Positions 39,425-47,721 of a DNA stretch of 62,109 nt are shown piece after piece. Position numbers and translations under genes: made by a program. The stretch spans positions 2,628,902 to 2,691,010 of the forward strand of contig CP070735.1 in assembly GCA_020347625.1 (NCBI GenBank), given 5' to 3'. This DNA comes from Deltaproteobacteria bacterium. GTDB lineage: Bacteria; Desulfobacterota; Syntrophobacteria; BM002. The notes under the pieces were generated by a model. It did no database searches, was not told the origin of the DNA, and saw nothing but the letters and a program-made list of their open reading frames with translations. Each line of letters begins with the position of its first letter. The stretch's first letter is position 1.

Positions 39425-39431
39425 CCTTGTG

Positions 39432-40106
39432 CTACGCCGGACCCACTGGCTCTCCAGCTTGATAGATCTGGCCGGAAGCAACTCTACCTAGGCCACGGAT
39501 GCGGCTTCCTACCCAGATTTCGCCGCCCTGCATCCATTCACCGGTGTTGCGACCGCAGTGTTTGTGAATTGAAATCTTGCCCTCAGTCATCCCAGCGCCG
39601 GCCCAGTCGCCTGTGGAGCCGGTTACAGTAACCTCACCACCCTGGAGAGCGGAGCCAGTGAAATTTCCCGCATCACCCTCAACGCGCAAGGATTTGCCGT
39701 AGGGGAGACGATAACCAAGAAAGTGTAGGGTCCGTTTCATCTCGCCGAGCCTGAGGACGATGGCGTCTTCATCTGCGTTATTGCAGAGTGCAGCAATGTA
39801 AATCCCGGCTGGTCCTGAAATGAGGTAAGGTATGTCAGTGCCGCTATCCAACACGTAACAGAAATCCTCGATGCTATGAGCGTCGTAGCTTACTTCCTTA
39901 ATTACCTCTGTGGCAGTCTTGTATGCTTCGATCACACGATTGTGCTCCACAAACCAGACAAGGCTCTTGAGCTCCTGCTCCACTAATTTGCCATAGCCTG
40001 CTGCTAGATCGCCCATGATCTGATCATGGGCCGCTGCCAGTCGATCCAAAGGCAGGTTTTTGGCCTTTGACAGAAAATCCTTAAAGTCTTCAAAAGGGTT
40101 AAACAC
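39432..40106 (-). CDS. GXGXG-repeat (GltB C-terminal/FwdC-like beta-helix) domain protein
   Basis: GDAGNFTGSALQGGEVTVTGSTGDWAGAGMTEGKISI..GGEIWVG. GTG start abuts the ATPase stop (TAA|GTG), with a GGAGGAG RBS. Confidence 0.7.
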   Translation of the reverse strand: MFNPFEDFKDFLSKAKNLPLDRLAAAHDQIMGDLAAGYGKLVEQELKSLVWFVEHNRVIEAYKTATEVIKEVSYDAHSIEDFCYVLDSGTDIPYLISGPAGIYIAALCNNADEDAIVLRLGEMKRTLHFLGYRLPYGKSLRVEGDAGNFTGSALQGGEVTVTGSTGDWAGAGMTEGKISIHKHCGRNTGEWMQGGEIWVGSRIRGLGRVASGQIYQAGEPVGPA

Positions 40107-41438
40107 TTACTCCTCCAGGTTCAGATCCTTTCGGATCTCTGCATAAATGGGGTGATCACCGGCCAGTGGCTCTAGAACTTCCCCTTGGAAGATGCGATAA
40201 GCGTTGGCCAGTGCCGCCTTGACGCGTTCAGCCTGCTCGCTGTAGCGCTGGTAAACTTCGCTTATGGCCTGACGGGCCAGGTGGATTTGTAGAGGGTCAT
40301 CGCGACGGTCTTTTTGCAGCAGAGAGAGGTGCGTGTCGGTCCACTGAGCCCGGTGGGCCAGACAGTAGGGGCCAACAGCACGGATCTCTTCAATTCCCAC
40401 TTCACCTGCATCCGTAAACCAGGCCAGCGCTTTCGCGTAGTTGGCCAGTGAGACAGGTAACCGGTTGGAAGCACAATTGCGCAGTCGGTGGCAGAGATAG
40501 CCTGTATAATGGCAGCCCTCCTCGCAAACCTCGCTGGAGCGTTTCTGACCGTGGCGCTCGCAAAAGGAAAGTTCGGCGAGCAGCATTCTTGCGTAGGCGT
40601 TGGCGTCCTGATCGAGACCTACGGCAGAAATGTGCTGGCGAACCTTTTCCCTGCTGGCAGAATCCAAAGTAGACAGTTGCAATGATTCTTGGAGGTAAGT
40701 ACCAAATGATTCAGAAATGGCCCCAAGTCGTGATTTTTTCTCCTCAGGCGGCAGTTTTTCTTTTAAGACCTCCTGGAGTTCTCGTTCCAGATCAGGATGC
40801 CGTAGGAGTTCTTCTTTTTCCTGTCGCTGGCTAATCAGGAAGGCATAACTGGGGCCAGGGTAGCGCGACTCAACCATCACATCAAAGCGGTCCAACAAAG
40901 GGGCAATGATGGTGTTAGTGCCCTGATCCTGGTAATTGGCAGTGGCGAAGAGACAGTACTCATCGTTCAGGATCATCTCGTTGAGATATTCCCAGTTGCC
41001 CCGGTCCACTCCATCCAGGATCATGCTCTGTTTGGTCTCCGGCAGTCTGTTGATCTCATCCACGATCTTTACGGGAAGCTGAACAAAGTGAGACCATACG
41101 ACCTCCTCCTGACCCGTATTCAGTTTGCCGAGATCAGGTCTGCCGATAATTTTCTCCTCAGTTTGTTCGGGATGGCCGGAAACCTCACTGGCCCAAACTG
41201 TACCTGCCGGTAGTTGGTATAGCAGGGAACCAACGTACTCGGCGGCGGTGGTTTTTCCTAGCCCGGGTTCACCAATGATCAAGGCCTTCCCACCCAGCAG
41301 AGCTGTCAGAAGACTAAAGAGAAGAGTGGAATTGAACTGTTCTCCCCCGACTTGAAGATCGGGACGGTTGAAGTAGAGATTTGATTGGATGAAATCGTAG
41401 AGCTTCCGGGCCGTATGCCGATATGTGCCGTTTTCCAT
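40107..41438 (-). CDS. MoxR-class AAA+ ATPase
   Basis: Walker A GEPGLGKT and Walker B KIVDEINR. The ATG at 41438 follows AAAGGAGA (alternative start 41462). Cys-rich C-terminal segment. Confidence 0.85.
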   Translation of the reverse strand: MENGTYRHTARKLYDFIQSNLYFNRPDLQVGGEQFNSTLLFSLLTALLGGKALIIGEPGLGKTTAAEYVGSLLYQLPAGTVWASEVSGHPEQTEEKIIGRPDLGKLNTGQEEVVWSHFVQLPVKIVDEINRLPETKQSMILDGVDRGNWEYLNEMILNDEYCLFATANYQDQGTNTIIAPLLDRFDVMVESRYPGPSYAFLISQRQEKEELLRHPDLERELQEVLKEKLPPEEKKSRLGAISESFGTYLQESLQLSTLDSASREKVRQHISAVGLDQDANAYARMLLAELSFCERHGQKRSSEVCEEGCHYTGYLCHRLRNCASNRLPVSLANYAKALAWFTDAGEVGIEEIRAVGPYCLAHRAQWTDTHLSLLQKDRRDDPLQIHLARQAISEVYQRYSEQAERVKAALANAYRIFQGEVLEPLAGDHPIYAEIRKDLNLEE

Positions 41439-41511
41439 AGCTTTAGTTCTCCTTTGCAGCATTTACTATATCCTCTCCACCGTATTAAGTAAATAACGCC
41501 ACAAAAATGAT

Positions 41512-41716
41512 AGGGCGCAAGGCGCACGGCACAAGACGTAAGGTGAAAGAAACCTATTAGGAGCTAGAATTCAGGAGCTAGGAGCGAGGGAGGAAATATT
41601 GGGATATCGGTGGTTCTCCTGAATTCTGGCTACTGTCTGCTGGATTCTACGAATTTGCCTTGCGCCTTGTGCCGTGTGCCTTGCGTCACGCACTCAGCGT
41701 GAGCGCTGAGTGCGAA
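41512..41716. repeat. heptamer-array hairpin element
   Basis: GGCGCAAGGCGCACGGCACAAG...AGGAGCTAGAATTCAGGAGCTAGGAGC..CTCCTGAATTCTGGCTACTG...CTTGCGCCTTGTGCCGTGTGCCTTGCG, plus CGCACTCAGCG/CGCTGAGTGCG. Confidence 0.8.
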
Positions 41717-41808
41717 ATGTTAATTGACAGGGGTGGCGGGATTGCAGTACTTATGACAGGTAGCAGACCTTTTTTGGACTCCAGTTTAAATCAGTTAAGG
41801 GGGGGTAG

Positions 41809-42234
41809 ATGAAGATTCGAGATATTATGGTGACTGAGGTGGTTACACTGCACGTCGATGAAGAATTATCGCTGGCCAGTGACATCATGAATCTGGCACG
41901 AATTCGGCATCTACCAATCGTGGAGGGCGACCGTCTGGTGGGGATTATCAGCCAGCGCGACTTGTTTAAGGCCTCTTTGGCATCGGTGATGGGATATGAT
42001 TACGCTGAAACTCGCGACCACCTCAAGTCAGTATCCATCAGGGAAGCCATGGTAGAAAATGTGATTACGGTAACCCCGGACGCAGGCATCCAAGAGGCGG
42101 GAAAGATCATGTTGGATAAAAAGATTGGCTGTCTGCCGGTGGTACAAGAAAATCGTTTAGTAGGCATGGTAACCGAAACAGACATCCTCCGTTGCTTTCT
42201 CCTACATTGGGAGGACTGTACCAGAGGTGAATAA
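41809..42234 (+). CDS. CBS domain pair protein
   Basis: Two CBS repeats (MVTEVVTL...; MVENVITV...GCLPVV). GGGGGG RBS. Confidence 0.85.
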   Translation: MKIRDIMVTEVVTLHVDEELSLASDIMNLARIRHLPIVEGDRLVGIISQRDLFKASLASVMGYDYAETRDHLKSVSIREAMVENVITVTPDAGIQEAGKIMLDKKIGCLPVVQENRLVGMVTETDILRCFLLHWEDCTRGE

Positions 42235-42291
42235 AGATCATTGGGGCGAAAGAAAGGTTTAATCTAACCGTTTTTACCAAGAAACCGCGAT

Positions 42292-42648
42292 CTATGACTT
42301 GGGTAGTTTTGCCTTAAAGTCCTCCAAGGCCATTTGTTCGAGATACTCTCTGTCGTCGGCGGATATCTCGGTAAATTTTACACCGATGATTCGGGGCCGA
42401 TTGGACTGGTCTTTACTGTCTGACCATATAACTATGGCTGCCACCTCCAAGGGTTCCCTCTCGGGAGCCTTTATTGTCATTTGTACCGGTTCATCGAGAT
42501 CCACGTGCTCTGTGCAGCGAATATGAGCTCCTCCAGCACTAATATCTCTCGTTTTCCCTTCCACAAATCCTTTTGAGGTCTCCAATTTGACAGGCCACTC
42601 TACTCTAAGTCTGAAGGACAGACGCTTTTGATCGCCAACCTCAATCAT
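42292..42648 (-). CDS. PilZ domain protein
   Basis: RLSFR and DISAGG motifs. Paralogous to 22000..22281 and 23075..23437. Confidence 0.78.
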   Translation of the reverse strand: MIEVGDQKRLSFRLRVEWPVKLETSKGFVEGKTRDISAGGAHIRCTEHVDLDEPVQMTIKAPEREPLEVAAIVIWSDSKDQSNRPRIIGVKFTEISADDREYLEQMALEDFKAKLPKS

Positions 42649-42767
42649 CTACACCCCCATTCTGCTTTCACATGAGCAAACTTACCTTTCTGAGCAAATT
42701 CTACAAAAAGCATGCCAAAAGCCGCGTGAGAAAAACCGTAAGATAAGCCTGGATCTGACAAGTCAGG

Positions 42768-42855
42768 TGGTGCCTGGGGCGAGACTCGAACTCGCACGGG
42801 ACATGGTCCCAAGGGATTTTAAGTCCCTTATGTCTACCAATTCCATCACCCAGGC
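42768..42855 (-). tRNA. tRNA-Leu (anticodon TAA)
   Basis: Reverse complement reads GCCTGGGTGATGGAATTGGTAGACAT-AAGGGA-CTTAAAA-TCCCTT, a long variable arm, then GGTTCGAGTCTCGCCCCAGGCACCA. Confidence 0.88.
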
Positions 42856-42915
42856 ACAAGGGCAGATAGGTCAAGGCAAAATCTAGATGGTTTCCCTGAA
42901 TATGTCAATTGTTAG

Positions 42916-42960
42916 GTGAATCCGCAATCCGGTATCCGCAATCCAAAATCGATTAATAAT
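42916..42960. repeat. heptamer array
   Basis: GTGAATC CGCAATC CGGTATC CGCAATC CAAAATC. Confidence 0.75.
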
Positions 42961-44095
42961 CTCGCCCGAGTAAGTGCAGATTGCCGATATGGACGTTCTT
43001 CAGGCCGGCGCTTTCGGCGACCTCCTTGCAGCGGAGCGCATGGCTGCGGGAGGTGGTTGGAAGGTCTTGCAGATGAAAATGAGGATAAAAACCGAGAAGA
43101 CTATAGGGGATCTCTGGGTTCAACTGGGCGATGTAGCGCGCAATTCCTGCGACTTCCACCTCGTCCACATAGCCCGGCACCAAGAGGGTGCTGGCAATCA
43201 GAAAAGGTGGCACCGGCCTTTGCTGGACGAACTCGCTCAACACTTTGAAGTTATCTAGAGTTTTTCGATTTGTCACCCCACAAAGGGCATGGTGAACACT
43301 TTCATTCCATGCCTTGAGATCAAATTTTATTAATCCACCCGAGTCAAATGATAACCTTGCCATCATACTCAGGAAGGGCTCTTGCACGGCCCCATTGGTC
43401 TCCCAGCAAATCCTGAGGACGCGCTCAGATGCCATTTGCAGAGCCAGTTTTGAGGCCTTAAGGGCATGGAGAATTTGCGGAGTCGGATCTCCACCGAAAT
43501 AGCAAATGCAGCTGGTGTTAAGCTTCACCGCTCCAGCCAACTGCTTTGCAGTGACACGTTGAGTTGAGCGAGTTCGATCTTTGAACTGGTGATTTTGACA
43601 ATAAAGGCAATTAAAGGAACAGGCATTATAGAAGACAGCCAGATTGTTATGGCCATGTTCAGGGCCGTCGGAAACAGCATACTGTGGATAGCCACAGCCC
43701 GTACCACCCGGACAAACAAAATCACCCACACAGTTTGTGGGAAGGGGGTCGTAATAATAGGAGAGATTTCCCTCGTGCGGCCGGCCGCCCTTTATCTTAC
43801 CGTCTTCCGCTCGGCGGAGGCCGCAGAAGCCAACACCGCCCTCGGGGATTTTGCATAGATGAACGCAAAGCTTACAGGCGACCCCAGACTCAGCCCGGGG
43901 CGGGCTCTCCGGTAGACCGTAGGGTTTTCGGGTACGAGCGTGAACGCTTTTGATTTCAGGCCAAACATCCTCAAAGTGGGACCGGATACAATTTGCACAG
44001 AAGCCTATGACATCGGAAATGGCTGGACTACTCTTGCCGCATTGTCGGCATTTGCCCGAGGGAATTCTAACTAGCACCTTTCCAATACCGGTCAT
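42953..44095 (-). CDS. radical SAM enzyme, AmmeMemoRadiSam-type
   Basis: CSFNCLYC (CX3CX2C) motif. N-terminal CKLCVHLCKIPEGGVGFCGLR resembles the AmmeMemoRadiSam family. Confidence 0.7.
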   Translation of the reverse strand: MTGIGKVLVRIPSGKCRQCGKSSPAISDVIGFCANCIRSHFEDVWPEIKSVHARTRKPYGLPESPPRAESGVACKLCVHLCKIPEGGVGFCGLRRAEDGKIKGGRPHEGNLSYYYDPLPTNCVGDFVCPGGTGCGYPQYAVSDGPEHGHNNLAVFYNACSFNCLYCQNHQFKDRTRSTQRVTAKQLAGAVKLNTSCICYFGGDPTPQILHALKASKLALQMASERVLRICWETNGAVQEPFLSMMARLSFDSGGLIKFDLKAWNESVHHALCGVTNRKTLDNFKVLSEFVQQRPVPPFLIASTLLVPGYVDEVEVAGIARYIAQLNPEIPYSLLGFYPHFHLQDLPTTSRSHALRCKEVAESAGLKNVHIGNLHLLGRDY

Positions 44096-44130
44096 TAGCC
44101 ACTCTCAGAAAAAAGATTTATACATATTTT

Positions 44131-44348
44131 GATGGAGTAATGGAGTGACTAGAAATTCCAAATAACAAATCACAAATCCCAAACAAATCACAATGACCAA
44201 AATTCGAAATTCCAAACCTGTTTTTTGTTTTGGTCATTTGGTATTGGAATTTGAGATTTGTTTGTAATTTGGTGCTTGGAGTTTGGGATTTCATTAACTC
44301 CAACATTCCATCATTCCAGTATTCCACTATTCCAGTACTGCAGTACTC
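44131..44348. repeat. about 220-nt nested heptamer hairpin element (copy S)
   Basis: GGAGT-type outer units. Inner arms CAAATAA CAAATCA CAAATCC CAAACAA... facing ...TTTGAGA TTTGTTT GTAATTT. Positions 44227-44292 are the exact reverse complement of 61575-61640. Confidence 0.9.
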
Positions 44349-44352
44349 TATT

Positions 44353-44868
44353 TTACCTTTGTATCTTACTCAGGAAAAGATCCAGGGCCAAATCCCGGGT
44401 GTTTTCGGTAATAGGTATCACCAAAACGTCATGACGTTTCTTTATACCCTGAATAAAGTGGTCGCCTCTCATGGCAATAGAACCGATAACATGGTGTTCT
44501 GAATCCAGTACCTTTATCAAGATTTTCTTGAAAAGTGATGAGAAGCACTCCATTTTGCCTATTTCGTCAACAACGACTATCTCCCCGCTCTTGGCTGGTT
44601 GCATTGATGGCACAGCGACCTCGTCGAGATCGTGGAGATTCACCCCGTATTTACCCACTCTGAATTTACTTTTAATATTTTGATGAGCCAAAACGCCTGT
44701 TTTTCCATCCAGAGTAGTTATTGAAAACCCTACCCGCAGGCCCTTATGCCTTATCTCCCTGGTAAAAAAACCGGTTGCCGGTTTACCTATTTTCTGGATA
44801 ACCTTTTCGATCAGAGTGGATTTTCCGGATCGGGGCGGGCCGGTGACAAGAATGTTTGTGGCTGCCAC
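44353..44868 (-). CDS. THEP1/NTPase_1-type nucleoside triphosphatase
   Basis: ILVTGPPRSGKSTLIEKV P-loop, VVDEIGKME, about 170 aa. Confidence 0.75.
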   Translation of the reverse strand: MAATNILVTGPPRSGKSTLIEKVIQKIGKPATGFFTREIRHKGLRVGFSITTLDGKTGVLAHQNIKSKFRVGKYGVNLHDLDEVAVPSMQPAKSGEIVVVDEIGKMECFSSLFKKILIKVLDSEHHVIGSIAMRGDHFIQGIKKRHDVLVIPITENTRDLALDLFLSKIQR

Positions 44869-45038
44869 ATATACTCCTGGTGTTGGTTTGCCTCGGCTAT
44901 AAAGATATTAAGGCAAAAAGATAGGGTGAAAGTCAATCTTGGAATGATTAGGTTAGTAAAAGTAGGGGAGGGATGGGAGGATCGAGGCCATTCCTTCCCT
45001 CGTTCAATCGCGGCTGGAAGCCGCTCCAAGACCAATGA

Positions 45039-45128
45039 AACTAGGCACTAGGAACTATGCACTAGGCACTAAAATGAGCAACCAAATAAGATTTTCTGTG
45101 CTTAGTGCTTAGTGTTTAGTGTCCAGTA
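45039..45128. repeat. heptamer-array hairpin element
   Basis: AACTAGG CACTAGG AACTATG CACTAGG CACTAAA, a loop, then TGCTTAG TGCTTAG TGTTTAG TGTCCAG. Confidence 0.85.
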
Positions 45129-45146
45129 AATCAGAGGAGATTTACC

Positions 45147-45599
45147 ATGAAAACAAAATGTCTAGCATTAATTTTGACGCTCGCCATGGTTGCCTTCGGG
45201 GCAGGAAAGGCTTCGGCTCATTGTGAAATTCCCTGTGGCATCTATGACGATCAGTTACGAACGGATCTAATCGCTGAGCATGCCACCACAATTGAAAAGT
45301 CGATGAAAAAAATTGTGGAGTTGGGCAAGCAAAATCCCGTAAACTACAATCAGCTTGTTCGGTGGGTTTCAAACAAAGAGAAACACGCCAATGAAGTACA
45401 GCATATTGTCACCCAATACTTCATGACCCAGCGTATCAAACCAGATGCCAAGAAATACTCGGAAAAATTGACCGTTTTGCATCAAATGTTGATTGCAGCT
45501 ATGAAGTGTAAGCAGACTGCTGATCTCTCCAACGTGAATACCCTTCGGTCACTGCTGAAGGAATTTGAAATTCTCTATTTCGATCATACACACAAGTAA
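45147..45599 (+). CDS. sodN: nickel superoxide dismutase with Sec-type signal peptide
   Basis: Ni-hook HCEIPCGIYD immediately after MKTKCLALILTLAMVAFGAGKASA. GAGGAG RBS. Confidence 0.85.
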   Translation: MKTKCLALILTLAMVAFGAGKASAHCEIPCGIYDDQLRTDLIAEHATTIEKSMKKIVELGKQNPVNYNQLVRWVSNKEKHANEVQHIVTQYFMTQRIKPDAKKYSEKLTVLHQMLIAAMKCKQTADLSNVNTLRSLLKEFEILYFDHTHK

Positions 45600-45670
45600 T
45601 GGGAGAGAGGTGGTGTGGGCCGATTCGGCCCATATGTCTCTGACACAGGGGTAGAACGGGAAAGCTCTTG

Positions 45671-46996
45671 ATGGACCTGAAATTGGAAAATCTTCTGGCT
45701 GACAAGGAAAATCTGGAACGGATCCTCGACAACCTTATGGAAGGGATCATCGCGCACGACAAGGAAAGGCGCATCCTTTTCTTTAATCGGGCCGCAGAGA
45801 GAATAACCGGATACGATAGGATAGACATCCTGGGAAGGGACTGTCACGAGGCATTCGGGGCACCATTTTGTGGTGGGCGCTGCTCATTTTGCGGAGAACC
45901 GCCCAATTCCTGGACCCGGGTTGATTATCCCCTCAATATTGTCAGCAAGCAGGGCGATCCGAGACGGATCGAGATGTCGGTAACAGGGATGACCGATGAA
46001 ACCGGTTGCTTTGTGGGGGTGCTGGCCGCCTTCCGGGACGTGACCGATCTGATTGGCTTACAGATCAGGCTCGGTCAAGTTACCAGTTTTGCTGGAATAA
46101 TCGGGCAGGATCACAAGATGCTCCAAATCTTTGAGCAGATAAGGGAGTTGGCCACCAACGACTATCCGGTGAATATCACCGGTGAGACAGGAACGGGCAA
46201 AGAGCTTGTTGCCGCAGCCATCCACAATGAGAGTCAGAGAGGTGGGGGCCCCTTCGTCCCGATTAACTGCGGCGCCTTGCCTGAGGGCGTACTCGAGAGC
46301 GAGCTTTTCGGGCATGTGAAAGGAGCCTTCTCCGGGGCAATCCGGGACAAGAAGGGCAGGTTTGAGCTGGCAGATGAGGGCACCATTTTTCTTGACGAGG
46401 TGACAGATCTCCCCAAAAGCATGCAGGTAAAGCTCCTGCGTGTTCTGCAAGAGGGAACATTCGAGAGGGTGGGAGGCGAGGAAACTATCACGGTAAACGT
46501 GAGGGTGATCAGTGCCACCAACCGTGACCTGAAGCGCGAGGTGGATAGAAATAACTTTCGAGAAGACCTTTACTACCGGCTTAACGTAGTGCCCATTGAG
46601 CTGCCGCCACTTCGGGATCGAAAAAACGACATTCCTCTTTTGGTTGAACATTTTTTAAAGGCGGCCAGGGAAAAGGGGCAGAAAGCAACGGGACTATCCA
46701 AGAAAGCTCTGGCCGTAATGCTAGACTATCCATGGCCCGGAAATGTTCGCGAGTTACAAAATGCCATTCATTACGGACTGGTCAAGTGCAAGGGTAAGGT
46801 AATACAAATAGAAGACTTGCCCCTGGAACTGAGAGAAAGAAATTCTCGGCGCGGTCCGGTTAGAAAGCTTGATGAGCAGGCGGTAAGGGCTGCCCTGGAG
46901 TTGACGGGCGGCAACAAGGCCAAAGCTGCCAGACATTTGGGTGTCGGTCGCGCCACCCTCTATCGCTTCCTGGCGGATTTTCCGGATGTCTCATGA
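45671..46996 (+). CDS. sigma-54-dependent transcriptional activator with Cys-rich PAS sensor domain
   Basis: PAS domain containing CHEAFGAPFCGGRCSFC. AAA+ motifs GETGTGKE and GAFSGA. C-terminal Fis-type HTH. Confidence 0.9.
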   Translation: MDLKLENLLADKENLERILDNLMEGIIAHDKERRILFFNRAAERITGYDRIDILGRDCHEAFGAPFCGGRCSFCGEPPNSWTRVDYPLNIVSKQGDPRRIEMSVTGMTDETGCFVGVLAAFRDVTDLIGLQIRLGQVTSFAGIIGQDHKMLQIFEQIRELATNDYPVNITGETGTGKELVAAAIHNESQRGGGPFVPINCGALPEGVLESELFGHVKGAFSGAIRDKKGRFELADEGTIFLDEVTDLPKSMQVKLLRVLQEGTFERVGGEETITVNVRVISATNRDLKREVDRNNFREDLYYRLNVVPIELPPLRDRKNDIPLLVEHFLKAAREKGQKATGLSKKALAVMLDYPWPGNVRELQNAIHYGLVKCKGKVIQIEDLPLELRERNSRRGPVRKLDEQAVRAALELTGGNKAKAARHLGVGRATLYRFLADFPDVS

Positions 46997-47130
46997 GACA
47001 TATCTGTCTCATAATTAAACTTGAGACATCTAAAAGTGGAATTCTTTTCTTCTAGTCATTATTAGGTACAATGTTTATTGCTTAATCCCACTCATCGCTG
47101 CTGACTGATAAGTGTCTCATAGGTGTCTCA
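46987..47130. promoter_or_regulatory. upstream activator sites: six TGTCTCA/TGAGACA heptamers
   Basis: TGTCTCATGAGACA palindrome at 46987-47000 overlaps the activator stop codon. Further copies at 47005-47011, 47022-47028, 47113-47119 and 47124-47130. Confidence 0.6.
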
Positions 47131-47226
47131 CAAAACTCCGATGAGGCAATTAGTCCTTCAATAGTCATATTTATTTAACTATATAATATTACTTATTTTT
47201 ATAACTTTATCTACCAAACTGGTTTC

Positions 47227-47243
47227 TTGGCATGAATCTTGGG
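47227..47243 (+). promoter_or_regulatory. candidate sigma-54 (-24/-12) promoter
   Basis: TTGGCATGAATCTTGGG has correct GG-N10 spacing but -12 reads GG rather than GC. An AT-rich putative bend region (47161-47215) lies between the UAS and the promoter. Confidence 0.5.
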
Positions 47244-47307
47244 TTGGAGATTAAACACACATTAGAAAGAAACTCACAACAGAGACATCTACGGAGGAGA
47301 AACAATA

Positions 47308-47481
47308 ATGTCTCGAGAGCGGCTGACAACTGGTACTGAGGTGGCTCCGGGTATATACAGATGTAATGCCTGCGCCAAGCAGATTGACTGTCAAGACGAA
47401 GAGTGCAAGTTGCCCCAGTGCAGCGCTTGTGGCAGCTTTTCGTGGAGAACGACCAGGCTGCTAAGCAAAAAAGATTCCTAA
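47308..47481 (+). CDS. 57-aa zinc-ribbon mini-protein
   Basis: Not in the ORF track. ACGGAGGAG RBS. Translation MSRERLTTGTEVAPGIYRCNACAKQIDCQDEECKLPQCSACGSFSWRTTRLLSKKDS. Confidence 0.6.
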   Translation: MSRERLTTGTEVAPGIYRCNACAKQIDCQDEECKLPQCSACGSFSWRTTRLLSKKDS

Positions 47482-47498
47482 ATCGCAAGGAGGGAGAG

Positions 47499-47699
47499 AT
47501 GAGCAAGAAAAGATACGAAGTGAAAGGCAAATGCCCCAATTGTGCCTGCGGTACTATTTCTGACATGAGCGCAGAAGAGATTAAGGCCAAGACGATCGAT
47601 GGGGACAAGTTGGAGATCCATTGCCCCGAGTGCATGGAAGTACATCAGGCCAACATCAGGTCAGTCTGCCCCGAATACGCAGACGAATGCCACCTGTAG
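47499..47699 (+). CDS. 66-aa Cys-rich mini-protein
   Basis: AGGAGGGAG RBS. MSKKRYEVKGKCPNCAC...HCPECMEVH...CPEYADECHL. The ORF-track start 47403 is judged too early. Confidence 0.6.
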   Translation: MSKKRYEVKGKCPNCACGTISDMSAEEIKAKTIDGDKLEIHCPECMEVHQANIRSVCPEYADECHL

Positions 47700-47721
47700 A
47701 TCGTTTAAGGAAGGAGATAGC

